Shown piece after piece: positions 13,667 through 26,386 of a stretch of 64,000 nt of DNA. Origin of the DNA: Chiloscyllium plagiosum (Eukaryota); NCBI RefSeq assembly GCF_004010195.1, contig NC_057718.1, positions 43,523,970 to 43,587,969 on the forward strand. The letters run 5' to 3'. The translations under genes were made by a program, and so were the position numbers. Under the pieces are notes generated by a model. The model saw nothing but the letters and a program-made list of their open reading frames with translations. It searched no databases and was not told the origin of the DNA. Position 1 is the first letter of the stretch. Every line of letters starts with the position of its first letter.

Positions 13667-13935
13667 TGGAGGTGGTGACATGATGGTAATGTGAGTGGAC
13701 TAGTAACCCAGAATTCAGGAGTAGTTTTGGAGACTTGTGATCAAATTCCTCCATGTCAGCTGTTGAAGTTTGAATTCAATATAAAAAGTCTAGAATTAAC
13801 TATGTAATTGTAACATTGCAATTTTCAATTGTCATCAAAACTCATTCTGTTCACTAATGTACATTTAGGGAAGGGAATCGGCAATCCTTACCTGGTCTGG
13901 TCTACTTGTAGCTCCAGGCCCATAGTAATACTGTT
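13667..13935 (+). mobile_element. Deu-core (SacSINE1-like) SINE, degenerate
   Basis: tRNA-like head (ggtaatgtgagtggactagtaacccag) and core ttcactaatgt..ttagggaagggaatc..ccttacctggtctggtctac; similar to 40022-40370. Confidence 0.65.
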
Positions 13936-16048
13936 AACATTTTTTTGTTCATTTGTGGGATATGAGCATCACTGGCCAGCCAGCATTTAATGCCCATCCC
14001 TTGCTGCCCTTGAGAAGATGGTGGTGAGCTGCCTTCTTAAACTGTTGCAGTCCACCTGCCGTGGGTTAATCCACAATGCCATTAGGGAGGAATTTCAGAA
14101 TTTTGACCCAGTGACTGTCTTAATCATCTTCTGAAGTGGTTTAGCAAGCCATTCAGTTCAAGGGCAGCCCTCATCGTAAGGCACTCTGTTCTAATCTAAG
14201 TTTACCCAAGGACCACCCTTCGAGAGGTTTAACTGTGTCAGTCTGCTGTGATTGCTCTACTCTAGAAGATGATCAGATGGTGCAATTTTAAAGCGCCAAA
14301 TCATTTCAAGAAACCATAGGCCTGCCAAATAGGAGACCAGGGATCATAAACCAGAGATTGTATTAACTGTTACCGGTAACAGTACATCACATTCATCTGC
14401 ATCTTTTCTTTGTGTCTGTGAGCATTCTTTGTGTTTGAGACTGTGAGCTATTATGGTATTTCAGAGTAAGTATACAAGAGTAAAACTGTCTTATTTTAAA
14501 TTCACAGAAACTTGCTCCTGAATTATTTAGCATAATACTATTCTAAAAGGTAATTGCCCTGAATAGGTTGATGTCCATGTTATATTCAGTATACTCCTTT
14601 TACTGATGTTGTAAAAGATTCTTGAGTGATGTCAAAAAGTTCTAGCTTTTGAAGAGAATAAATGTATCTGCACCAGCTCCCTAAGATCCCAGTAAATATG
14701 CCTGACCTAATGTTGTTGTACATATTGCTCTCACATAACAACAGTTATCTAAGATCTTGTTATCTAAGAACAGTGCCTCTCCTGTAGATACTGTAGATGA
14801 TGATGTATATGCATAACAACTGATCACCAGATAGGCCCAAGATAAGGGAGGATTAGTGACAGTGAACTACGTCAAACAACATTGCTCAGTACCACATTAT
14901 GGTAGAGGTGGCAAATACAACAGTGTTGCATCAATGATCACTTGGGAAAATACCTCAGATATATACTCCAAATATAAGAAGAGACACAGCTTTTCCCATA
15001 CAAACATATTGATCATGGATTTTAAGTGAAGATCATTCAATCTGTGACAACCTGGTATTTAAAGATATTTGGCAAGATGCTTATATAGACTTACTTATAT
15101 GAGGGACTCAGTAGCCTGTTCCTGTGCCAATGTTCTGTGATCCTGTGTTCTACCCAATTTTCAATTACCAAGTGGAATGTTAGCAGGAAATGTGAGAAAT
15201 CACTAGAAGGATTTAAATGAGGGTAGGGGGTTAAAATATTCTTGGTTCATTTCAGAACAGTGGGTGAGATTTCATTTCATGATGTTACTTTGTAAAGTTT
15301 ATTTGTTAATTACTTTTCCCATGATTTTATAAGTTCACAACTTTTAAAGATGGCATCATGCATTTATGTGAATTATCATGCCCCTTAGGTGGATGAATTT
15401 CTGTCACCTGATGATGAGTTTGCAGAGATTTGCAAAGATCATGAGAATAATCAAATGAAAACTAGTATAGGTCCAGCCATGAACAGAGTGCAAAGAGTAT
15501 CTTAACATCCAAAGAGCAGGGAGTAAGTGGTCTTGCATTTGGATTTCTACATCTCTTAAAAATGAATGGCTAAGGATATGTGATTACCCGGAGTTCACTT
15601 AAATGTCTTGTTTAAGACTGAATCACCAGTGTTGGTTCAGGTTGTCACCATTTTGAAATTTCATCAGCATTTGAAACAAAAAATGGATGTGTCTTAAAGT
15701 CCCACGATCCTTTGTAACCATCTGTATTACTTGTTTTGTGCCTTGTGCACAGTTGCAAGGTATTGTTAAGTAAAACTTGTATTTGTGGGCTACAAAATTG
15801 AGGCAGGCTCCGTCTGTGAGCAGTGATTGAAAAGGGAGGTCATATATGCAAAAGCATGAGGTTGAAGATTGTCTTATATGCCAGTCGACATACAGCATGA
15901 TTTACAGTGAAAGGCCCATGGAATTGCTAATATAAGTTAGTGATTTCAGGTAAAGGTTTATTTGTCTGCTAAGGAAACCATTTCCATTCTGCTCAGGTGT
16001 GAATTAGTATATTTTTCTTTCCTTTCAAATTCATTTATTTTTAACCAA

Positions 16049-16270
16049 AACCACTCCATGCTCAGGTGGAAATGTGACTTTCAACATATCGACTTCTGAA
16101 CCAAGCAGGCGTCCTGGGTACAATGAATTTTGTGATTCTCCAGCTCTTCAAGAATTTGTCAAGGCTACTCATGTAAGAATTCACCTGAGAGACCAATACC
16201 GTACCAGATAAATGTCAGTGAACTTCAGGCGCAGATATTATGAAGTAAATGAAATCACTGTAAGTGGAAG
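16049..16270 (+). pseudogene. USH2A: USH2A pseudo-exon (exon 8 equivalent, LN domain), 1 stop and a mutated acceptor
   Basis: TTPCSGGNVTFNISTSEPSRRPGYNEFCDSPALQEFVKATHVRIHLRDQYRTR*MSVNFRRRYYEVNEITVSGR. TAA 16209-16211. Donor gtaagg at 16271. At the expected 222-nt length the acceptor reads aa (16047-16048). Confidence 0.93.
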
Positions 16271-18489
16271 GTAAGGTTTGATTAAGTATTTAAGAAATAA
16301 TCATTTAAGTGCTTTCCATGAATATGTCAAATCAATTGGGCAGATGTTTTCTACTTAAGATGACCAGTGGAGGATATTTTCCAATTTATCATGATTGGTT
16401 GAGTAACATTTACCTTCCACTTGAAATATTCTTACACTTTTATAGATCTTCAAATGATATTCATATTAGAGTTATGTCATTTTAAAAATGTACTGCTCAG
16501 TTTTGAAACACATTTCAGATATGAGATACAGCTTTGTTTTAATTTGATTCTTTTGACAATTTGTATTTGTGGAGTTTTCCCTTTCATTGTGTTGTCTTTT
16601 ATTAATCATTTCTTATTCTTGATATTGCATGGAAAGAAAAGAAATTACTGGGTGTGGAAGTATCTGTATATAAAGTTGTAACATCTAACATATGAATATT
16701 AATGAGTCACTAATATTCGTGTAATAAGGCACAATTAAAGCAATTTATATTTGGCTGAATATGATCAAAACTATTTCATTATTACTGATCCTTGTTATCA
16801 AGGGTAACAATATATAAGCTGATTTTAACTTTCACAACAGTGACGTTATCGCTGACTAGATACTTCACTCCTGGAAGTGATTGAAATAGTGAAACAGAAC
16901 TAAATTGCTACAAGAGTGATCATCTGCAGATCTCAGAGGTACAGTGTAAATTGCTCATGGTTGAGCAAGCCTTGTAATGAAATGTACTTGAAAATGTAAC
17001 CCCTCCAGCACATTAGTTAATATACTAAAGTACACCTACAAAGAACATCTACAAAGCTACAATATGCCAGTTACCTTTGAGCAACCCTTAAAACAAATAA
17101 ACAATTGTATAGATGAGTCTGTTTTATAAGTATGTACAACGGACAATCTTTAGCAATCACTGTATTGAAAAGTAACAAGAAATGACGTGGCATTATAACA
17201 AAAATGTCAAAAGTGCATTTATGTTGGACTTCCTCCTTCCTCGAAGAATCCTTAAGCTGGTCCTGCAGATCTGATTTTTTAAAAAAATGTGATTGCCACA
17301 AAACCTTTCAAAAGGACTAATTCAAGTCTTTGTTCTTATTAGGTTCACAATCCTTTTGTGCACCTATGGTTTGGACTGCAGTTTGGATTGATGGACTCCA
17401 GTGCTGAGGATATACTAGATCCGTAACTAGGCCCAAAGCAACAGAACTTTAAAGATCAGAGACCTATATCCTCTTCTCTTTTTAAGTCAATGGCCTTGTA
17501 AAGGGGAGGCGAGGACTCTATTCTCATGTGGCCCTCCTAAGGAAATCTTCGTGTAATTCGTATTGCATTTTGTTGGAGCAGCAGTCCACTATCACATTGT
17601 AATGGAGTTGTTTTGTGGAATTGCTGTGGATTTTCTGACTAACTTTTTATTTCTGATGTTTCTTCTTTGTTGTTTGAGTCTTGGTGTGATGTAAAAAATG
17701 CATTATTAATTTTTAACTTCACTTATTTTACAGTTTCAGAAAGGCAACAACAAATGTTGGACTTGAGGTAAAAATGTGCATGATATTCATTGGAACAATC
17801 ACAAATTAGCCAGCATTTGATTCTCTGAATTTTGGAATATCTGGCAAGATTGCAAGGTCCTAATGTGTTACTTGGCATTCGATTATCTGAACATTCAATT
17901 ATCCAACAAAATACTTCCTGCCCATATCGTTCGGATATCCTCTGTAGTGTGAAAACTGATCTTTAGATAAAATATTGAACTGAATCTTTGGTTTTAATAC
18001 CTAATTCATTTCTGATTGTGTGGAAATTTCTTGAGTGTCTTTCACTATGAGAACAAACAAGTTTTCTCCCCCCATCTGCCAAACTCTTCTTATGAATGAC
18101 TTACCCTGCTGTTATGGTGTTTCTCAGTCTGATTTTCATCTTATTGTGTGTCTTTCCCAGAATGACATCCATCCCTTCTGCCCACCTCACCTCTAAAAGG
18201 CTGATATTTCAAATTTGCTAGCTTGTTCAAGGATGTAATGTGAACATATCGGAGTAGGAAAAGATAGCACTGTGATTCTTCAAAGGGATTTGGAGATCCT
18301 GAATGACTGACTAGCCTCAAGAACTGTCAAGAACATCTAGAGAAAATGTGCTGATCTAGACAACCCTCGTTCGATGAATGAATTAAAAAAAAAATCCAAA
18401 TACCACTCCTCTCCCTTGCTTGTATTTCTTGATGGCAAGGTATGTTTGGGCGGGAACAGGATTGGGATGAGTCCCTAATAGCAGTGCAG

Positions 18490-18720
18490 GGCATTAGAAA
18501 GACAATATTCCAAGGTTCTCAGACACTGCATTGGAAGTTGTGCTGTAGAGGAGGAACGATTCTTCTGTTCACAGGGGCTCAGGAAATCATCCAGGTATCG
18601 ATTAATAAGTCAGTGGAACCTGATAGCTGTCACAGTGAGTTCCTCTACCGAGACCTAAGGATTTGGCCACATTAGGGCAACAACTTCTATGACCATCAAG
18701 TCATCAAGGTCAGTGTGCAT
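18490..18720 (+). mobile_element. Possible PIF/Harbinger Myb/SANT-like remnant
   Basis: Degenerate W..IAVTVSS..PRIW-like pattern followed by ttctatgacc..aaggtcagt; recognised by eye only. Confidence 0.3.
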
Positions 18721-20083
18721 CTTCAAACGCCATTTCCTAACAATGGAAGCACTACACTCTTACACTGCTCAATGTACAAAATCTTATGTCTCTTACAGTG
18801 CTGACATTCACATCACCTAAGCAGATTACACCATATTCACTGCCATGTGACTTTGTTTTTGTAAAGGAAGGTGTAGCATATCTAGAATTGACAGCACCTA
18901 AATAGCGAATATACACATTGCATAAATTCACTGCCAGCAGATGAGACGGTGATGAGACTGAAACTATCTGTCAGTTCTGGAATGTTCATACTCATCCTCC
19001 TCATTTTCCATTTCCACCCGATTGCATAATCATTTTGTTATTATAAACTTCAGGTGATGTAAGCATGTACCACTTCCCTACCACAATCCAGAACTTTGAG
19101 CTTCTCTTTTACTCCTTACACAAATACTGCAACCTGTTCAGGCAGGGTTAGAAGAGAAGGTGTAGAAGAGCTGGAAGACAGTGATGAAGAAGATCCGCCC
19201 ATTCACTCTAACATTTGTAACCAGCCAGGTATTGACTTTGCAAATGCAGATAGGTCACTTAAATCTGGACTCTGTTTTGTTGTATGCAAAGTTTTGTGTT
19301 ATGCTTCTTGCCTACATGATATTTGCTTGTCCCTCAATTCTCTCATGCTTCCCTCTTTGAGGAATATTTTAGCATTGCATGAGAGTGCAAAACAGATGAT
19401 AGTGATCTAGTAATCAATGGAAATAAAAATGAATAATGGAAATAAAATTTTAAAAATCTATAATTGCCCCATGATCACAACTCCACCCTCAGCCTGATTG
19501 TGAGTTAGACAGCAGCAAATTAGTACTGCGTCCATTTCTGGGGTAATGGGGTCATGTTAGCATCGGAGAGTATACAAAGGAAAGTCACAAAGCTGATCAT
19601 TTGTGTTGAAGTTTAGTGATCAAAGAAGACTGTGGCACTTAAAAGCCTTGAACATGGACATTCTGAAAGTGAACTTACCGAGGTATAGAAGGTTATAAAT
19701 AATGTAGATAAAGATAAATTTGTAAAGTTACATCACAATGGCCATTCAAACCAGAAGAAATTAATTTAGGCCCAATGCCAAGAATTTCTTTTCCCGACAA
19801 ATTATTATCACTTGGAACAGGTTCCTAGATGTTGTTAAAGTGGTAAAAGCTCCTATATTTATTTAAGAACTAATTGGATACCAGAAAGATGGGAGGAGGA
19901 GTCAGTGCAGAAACTTCTAGAGCTGTACTGGATGATTAAATTCATTTATGATTTGAGTCATGCTGCTTAAATAGGTTTTAACTGCCAGAGTATTGAATTC
20001 TGGCACATTGTAGATTGTCTGGAAGCAAAATAGTGTGTATGCTTCATTATTTGGCAATTGCCTTTTTTTTGTCTTGTCTGCAG

Positions 20084-20176
20084 GTGTGCCTGCTACAGTC
20101 ATGCTGATCAGTGTGACACTACAGCCAATCCATACAAATTCTGTGTGCATAGGAGAACCACATAGAGGGTGATAAT
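20084..20176 (+). pseudogene. USH2A: USH2A pseudo-exon (exon 9 equivalent, laminin-EGF 1), frameshift and stop
   Basis: Acceptor ctgcag and donor gtaagt are intact. CACYSHADQCDTTANPYK, then a 1-nt deletion at about 20139-20140 (Cys codon reduced to tt), then LCA*ENHIEGDN with TAG at 20150-20152. Length 93 nt versus 94 recalled. Confidence 0.9.
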
Positions 20177-20244
20177 GTAAGTTTGTACAAAGACTGAAAT
20201 TACCATTGAATTACATAAGTTGATTTTAGTTAATATTTCAGTCT

Positions 20245-20707
20245 AAAGTCACAGAGCCCTACAGCTTGGAAACTGACCCTTTGGTCCAACCAGTTCATGC
20301 TGAACATAGCCCTCTAAATCTTTGCTATCCAAGTATTTATGCAAATGTCTTTGAAGCACTGTAATTGTACCCACATCCACCACTTCCTCAAGAAGTTCAT
20401 TCAACATGTAAACCACCCCCTGTGAATTTCCCCCTCATGTCATTTTCTAAATCTCTTTCCTCTCACCTTAAAAATGTGCCCTCGAATTTTGAAATCTCCC
20501 ATCCTATGGAAAAGACAACTACCATTAACTCTATCTATATCTCTCATTATTTTCTAAACTTCTATAAAGTCACCTCTCAACCCCCTAAACTATTGTGAAA
20601 AAAACAGTCCCAGTCTATCCAGCCTTTCTTTATAACTCAAACCGTCCAGACCCAGCAACATCCTGATAAATCTCTTCTGAACCTTCTCCAGCTTAATAAT
20701 ATCATTT
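20245..20707 (-). mobile_element. CR1 LINE 3' part, interrupted by the LTR element (resumes at 28805-28885)
   Basis: ..ccttctccagcttaataatatcattt joins ctttctataactaggcaaccagaactggacacagta, giving contiguous CR1 sequence similar to 43450-44000. Confidence 0.8.
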
Positions 20708-20891
20708 TGTTACAACAGAGGGTAAACACCTCTGCTAATCTAAACCAGCCACACAGAAAAGATTCACCCTGTGCTGTAATCTGTTAAAATTTGACAGGCA
20801 AAGAGCATCCCAGAGGTCACTACAGACTTTCCTCTGTCGTCTTTTTGATGTTCTGTTGCGCAAGCTTCTTATAGACAGGCACCACTCAGAA

Positions 20892-23044
20892 AGGAGAAAG
20901 TGAGGACTGGAGATGCTGGAGATCAGAGCTGAGAAATGTGTTGCTGGAAAAGCGCAGCAGGTCAGGCAGCATCCAAGGCAGCATCCAAGGAGCAGGACAA
21001 TCGACGTTTCGGGATAAGCCCTTCTTCAGGAATGAGGAGGGTGTGCCAACCAGGCTAAGATAAAAGGTAGGGAGGAGGGACTTGGGGGAGGCACGTTGGG
21101 AATGTGATAGTGGAAGGAGGTTAAAGTGAGGGTGATAGGCCGGTTGAACTGTTCAACCACCCGTGGGAGCACGAGGTAGCGCCGATACAGTCATCGATGC
21201 AGCGGAGGAAAAGGTGGGGGGTAGTGCCGGTATAGCTGCGGAAGATGAACTGTTCCACATATCTGACGAAGAGGCAGGCATAGCTGGGGCTCATGTGGGT
21301 GCCCATGGCTACTCCTTTGGTTTGGAGGAAGTGGGAGGATTGGAAAGAGAAGTTGTTCAGAGTGAGGACCAGTTCAGTCAGTCGAAGGAGGGTGTCAGTG
21401 GAAGGGTACTGGTTGGTACGACGGGAAAGGAAGAAGCGGAGGGCTTTGAGGCCTTCGTGATGGGGGATGGAGGTGTACAGGCACTGGATATCCATTGCGA
21501 AGATAAGGCGTTGGGGGCCGAGGAAGCGAAAATCATGGAGGAGGTGGAGGGCGTGGGTGGTGTCCCGAACGTAGGTGGGGAGTTCTTGGACTAAGGGGGA
21601 CAGGATTGTGTCGAGGTATGCAGAGATGAGTTCGGTGGGGCAGGAGCAGGCTGAGACAATGGGTCGGCTGGGGCAGTCAGGTTTGTGGAGTTTGGGCAGG
21701 AGGTAGAAATAGGCCATGTGGGGTTGTGGGATGATGAGGTTGGAGGCAGTGGATGGGAGATCCCCTGACGTGATGAGGTTATGGATGGTCTGGGAGATTA
21801 TGGTTTGGTGGTGGGAGGTGGGGTCATGGTCAAGGGGGCAGTAGGAGGAGGTGTCCGTGAGCTGGCGTTTAGCCTCAGCAATGTAAAGATCGATGCACCA
21901 AACTACCACCGCGCCTCCCTTTTCTGCCGGTTTGATAGTGAGGTTGGGGTTAGAGTGGAGGGAGTGGAGGGCTATATGATGCGAGGGTGAGAGGTTGGAG
22001 TGGGTAAGAGGGGTGGAGAGGTTGAGGCAGTTAATGTCGCGGCGGCAGTTGGCTATGAAGAGATCGAGGGCAGGTAAGAGGCCAGCACGGGGTGTCCAGG
22101 TGGATGGGATGTGTTGGAGGCGGGAGAAGGGGCCCTCCCACGAGGAGATTGAAAGTTCATCCACTTTACTAACACCTTCCACCTCGACCTCAAATTTACC
22201 TGGTCCGTCTCAGACTCCTTCCTCCCCTTCCTAGACCTCTCCATTTCTATCTCGGGCGACCGACTCAATACGGACATTTATTATAAACCGACCGACTCCC
22301 ACAGCTACCTAGATTACACCTCCTCCCACCCTGTCCCCTGTAAAAACGCCATCCCATATTCCCAATTCCTTTGCCTCCGCCGCATCTGATCCCAGGAGGA
22401 CCAATTCCAATACTGAACAACCCAAATGGCCTCCTTCTTCAAAGACCGCAATTTCCCCTCCGACGTGGTTGACGATGCTCTCCACCGCATCTCCTCCACT
22501 TCCCGCTCCTCCGCCCTTGAACCCCGCCAATCCAATTGCCACCAGGACAGAACCCCACTGGTCCTCACCTACCACCCCACCAACCTCCAGATACATCGTA
22601 TCATCCTCCGTCATTTCCACCACCTCCAAACGGACCCCACCACCAGGGATATATTTCCCTCCCCTCCCCTATCAGCGTTCCGGAAAGACCACTCCCTCCA
22701 CGACTCCCTCGTCAGNNNNNNNNNNNNNNNNNNNNNNNNNNNNNNNNNNNNNNNNNNNNNNNNNNNNNNNNNNNNNNNNNNNNNNNNNNNNNNNNNNNNN
22801 NNNNNNNNNNNNNNNNNNNNNNNNNNNNNNNNNNNNNNNNNNNNNNNNNNNNNNNNNNNNNNNNNNNNNNNNNNNNNNNNNNNNNNNNNNNNNNNNNNNN
22901 NNNNNNNNNNNNNNNNNNNNNTTATCTTAGCCTGCTTGGCACACCCTCCTCATTTCTGAAGAAGGGCTTATGCCCGAAACATCGATTCTCCTGCTCCTTG
23001 GATGCTGCCTGACCTGCTGCGCTTTTCCAGCAACACATTTTCCA
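20892..23044. mobile_element. Penelope-like element (Neptune-like) with inverted 5' pLTR and inverted RT segment
   Basis: Minus ORF 21121-22182 has KPAEKGGAVVV, YLLPKLHK, RPIVS, MDIQCLYTSIPH, GVAMGT, CIDDCI. The + part from 22136 has FLDL, YYKPTDSHSYLDY, PCKNAIPYSQF. Opposed pLTRs at both ends. Confidence 0.9.
22716..22921. other. Assembly gap inside the Penelope element
   Basis: Run of N. Confidence 1.
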
Positions 23045-23569
23045 GGTACCTTTCAGAGAGCTGTTCTGTTGGCAGTCTGAACATGGTGGTTTGGCAGTTC
23101 TCTCCTAACTGTTCAAAATGTCCAGTTTTATACTCCAAAACATCAGATTGTTTCACTTTTTAAAAATCAAATTACTAAATTCAAATTTGATTGGATGTTG
23201 ATATCTTGGGTAATAATTTAAACTGATTGGCCGAATTTGAACTTGTTTTTGTATCATGGCAACTCCATCTGCTGCTAGCTGTTTCAGCCAATTGTTACAT
23301 TGCTACCTTGTACCAGACCTTTTTGTCCTTGCTCAACTTTCAACTCTCTTAAGGGATAGTACCTCTACACCTTCATAACATCTCCACCCTTAAGAAAAAA
23401 ATGAACCATCATAATGAAAAAGAGGGCTTCATTTTTTGTTTTCTCTACTGCTTAAGCACAATATCATGACATACATATGTCTTTAATCTAAGTTCATATT
23501 AACTTCTTCCAACATAAATATAACTTTGAATAGATATCAATCTTATCTATATTTTATCAGTTAAATCTA

Positions 23570-24675
23570 TGATAACGCATCTGCGATTACACTCTTACGA
23601 CTCGCAACATGTACGAGTTGTGAATTAGAAGTTTGTAACTTAAGACTCCAATGAAATAGTCGCATATTCTTGTCTTTAAAGCATTCCAAGAATACAAGAT
23701 GATTGTGATCCGTGTGCACAACCTTCTCCGACACATTGTTTGTGATATATGCACTAAAATGTTATAAGGCCGGTATCAAACTCAATAGTTCTTTTTTGAT
23801 TGTGGAGTATTTTTTCAGGTGGATGTTGAGTTTCTTTGAAAGGCAACTTTAAAAGATTTTGAAAAGTTTGGTGTAGCTAAAACTGGTTTGATGGTTAATA
23901 TTGATTTCAAACGGTCGAATGCCTCCTGGCATTGCTCTGTCCACTGAAACTTTGTGTTCTTCTTCAGCAAATTGGTTAAGGGTGCCACTACACTGTCAAA
24001 GTTTGGAACAAACTTCCAATAGAATCTGCTTAATCCCAAGAAATGAAGCACCTCTTTCTTCAAGGTTGGTTGTGGAAATTCTTTGATGGCTTTTGTCTTT
24101 GCGTTCCGTGGGGTCACCGTTTCATGACCGATGTTATGTCCGAAGAACATCACCTCTGCTTTCGGAAATTCAGTTTTGTTTAAATTTATTACCAGTTTTG
24201 CTTCTCGTAGACATTCAAAGAACTTTGCCAACTGTACCATGTGATCGTTCCAGGACTTATTAAAAATCACTACATTGTCCACATAGACTGCACAGTTTAT
24301 TAACCCCACCACAACTCTGTTCATGAGTCTTTGGAATGTGGCTGGTGCGTTCTTCATTCCAAAGGGCATCACTTTAAATTGATATAGCCCATTTGGGGTT
24401 ACAAACTCAGAAATTTCTTTCGCCGTCTTTGATAAAGGTACCTGCCAGTAACCACGCAGCAAGTCCAACTTGGAGATGTAACTGGCTTGTCCAACTTTCC
24501 CGATACAGTCCTCCAAACTCAGAATTGGATATGAGTCTGATTTTGAAATGGCGTTGACTTTCCGATAGTCCACGGAGAATCGTTGAGTCCAGTCCGGCTT
24601 GGGAACTAAGACAATTGGCAAACTCCACTTGCTCTGACTTGGTTCAATGATATCCTTGTTGAGCATGGCCTCCAC
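23570..24675 (-). pseudogene. Gypsy reverse transcriptase and RNase H remnant
   Basis: ORF 23815-24675 has PIVLVPKPD, DYRKVN, KLDLLRGYWQVPL, VMPFGMKNAPATFQRLM, AVYVDN; RNase H YSTIKKE follows at about 23790-23810. Confidence 0.92.
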
Positions 24676-25032
24676 CTCTATTTGAACCTGTCAGGCTTTG
24701 AAAGGATTAAGATGATAGGGGTGTTGTTTTATCGGAGCAGTATTCCCTACATCTACTTCATGTACAATAGCATTAGTCCTCCCCATCTAATTCTTACATA
24801 TATCCTTATACTGCAGTAACAAACCTTTTAACTGTGTTCTATGCACCTGAGGCAGACAGTTTACTAACCTCTCCCAATCCTCAAGGACTTCTTCATTTTT
24901 AAATCTATTGTAAGGCCCATCAAAATCACACCATCTTGATTTGATTCTGTGTGGCAGTAACTAACACTTGTTTCTCCAGTTCTTTCTCTCTAGTATAATA
25001 TAGTTTCAACATGTTTACAGGACATACCTGAT

Positions 25033-25272
25033 CTGAAAATGTGTTGCTGGAAAAGCGCAGCAGGTCAGGCAGCATCCAAGGAGCAGGAGAANNNNNNNNN
25101 NNNNNNNNNNNNNNNNNNNNNNNNNNNNNNNNNNNNNNNNNNNNNNNNNNNNNNNNNNNNNNNNNNNNNNNNNNNNNNNNNNNNNNNNNNNNNNNNNNNN
25201 NNNNNNNNNNNNNNNNTCCAGCAACACATTTTCAGCTCTGATCTCCAGCATCTGCAGTCCTCACTTTCTCCT
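25033..25272. mobile_element. Fold-back Penelope pLTR insertion (centre is an N gap, 25092-25216) with 14-bp TSD
   Basis: aggacatacctgat at 25019-25032 and 25273-25286; opposed pLTR arms. Confidence 0.88.
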
Positions 25273-26095
25273 AGGACATACCTGATACCATTTTTTTCCT
25301 ATCTGGCATCTTTACAAGATAGTTCACCTGACTCAACTTTTTCTCAGTTTGATACAGACCACTAACCCTGGCTTTACTGGTAACACGTCACCCCTTTGGG
25401 AAAGCATCTGAGTCTCACAGTTTTTATCTTCCACCTGCTTCATTCTATGCTGTGCCCTTTTGAAGTGCAAACTCACCTACTTGATTTAATCTCTCCTTCA
25501 CTTCCAATATATAATCTAAGTGTGAGATCTCCGACTTTGTTCCTGTCAATTTTTTAAAAATTAATTTCAAAGGACCTCTTATTTCATGCCTGAATATTAA
25601 CTCAAAGGGATTGAACCGAGTAGATTTGTTGGGGAAATCTCTAATGGCAAACAATATGAATGGGATACCTATAGCCCAATTATTCAGGTAATCCTGACAG
25701 TATGCTCTCAACATCGTCTTCAAGATCTGATGCCACCTTTCTGAAGCTCCCTGGGATTCAGGATGATACGCACTGGATTTAGAGTGCTGTATACCTAAGC
25801 TATCCATAACCTCCTTAAACAGCCTAGCAGTAAAATTTGACCCTTGGTACAACTGAATCTTTCTGGGTAGCCCATACCATGTGAAGAAAGCTACCACCTT
25901 TTTTGTCTTGAAACTCCAAAATGGAATTGCCTCTGAAAATCTGGTAGACATATCCATTATTGTTAACAAGTACTGGTTCCTAATTTTAGTTCTGGGGAGG
26001 GGACCTACACAATCAGTTAGAACCCACGTGAAAGGTTCTTCAGATACAGGAATTGGCAACAAAGGTGCTGGTTTTATTACCGCCTGTAGCTTACT

Positions 26096-26386
26096 GACAA
26101 GTGAGTACTGGAGATGCTGGAGACTAGAGCCAAGAGCGTGATGCTGGAAAAGCACTGCCAGTTAGGCAGCATCCGAGGAGCAGGAAAATCGATATTTCAG
26201 ACAAAAGCCCTTCATCAGGACTTTCCTTCATTCCTAATGCATACTCTGAATGAATGGAATTCATTCAGAGTATGCATTAGGAATAAAGGAAAGTCCTGAT
26301 GAAGGGCTTTTGCCTGAAACGTTGATTTTTCTGCTTCTCGGATGCTGCCTGACTGACTGTGCTTTTCCAGCACCACGCTCTTGGCT
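26096..26386. mobile_element. Fold-back Penelope pLTR insertion in the integrase
   Basis: Inverted arms of about 130 nt (26128-26255 and 26259-26386) around a 3-nt loop; hammerhead-like cores in both arms. Confidence 0.85.

Larger units (their letters stand above)
20708..23380 (-). repeat. 3' LTR of the Gmr1-like element, split by the Penelope insertion at 20892-23044
   Basis: Begins tgttaca and ends cataaca; adjacent to a purine tract on the minus strand (cttaagggtggaga). Confidence 0.8.

Noticed and set aside
21163..21594. Gly/Glu-rich + strand ORF, and similar ORFs at 22309-22629
   Set aside because: Antisense frames of the Penelope RT.
25039..25365. Recurring short ORFs MLLEKRSRSGSIQGAGE / MCCWKSAAGQAAS
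   Set aside because: Translations of the repeated pLTR, not a peptide gene family.
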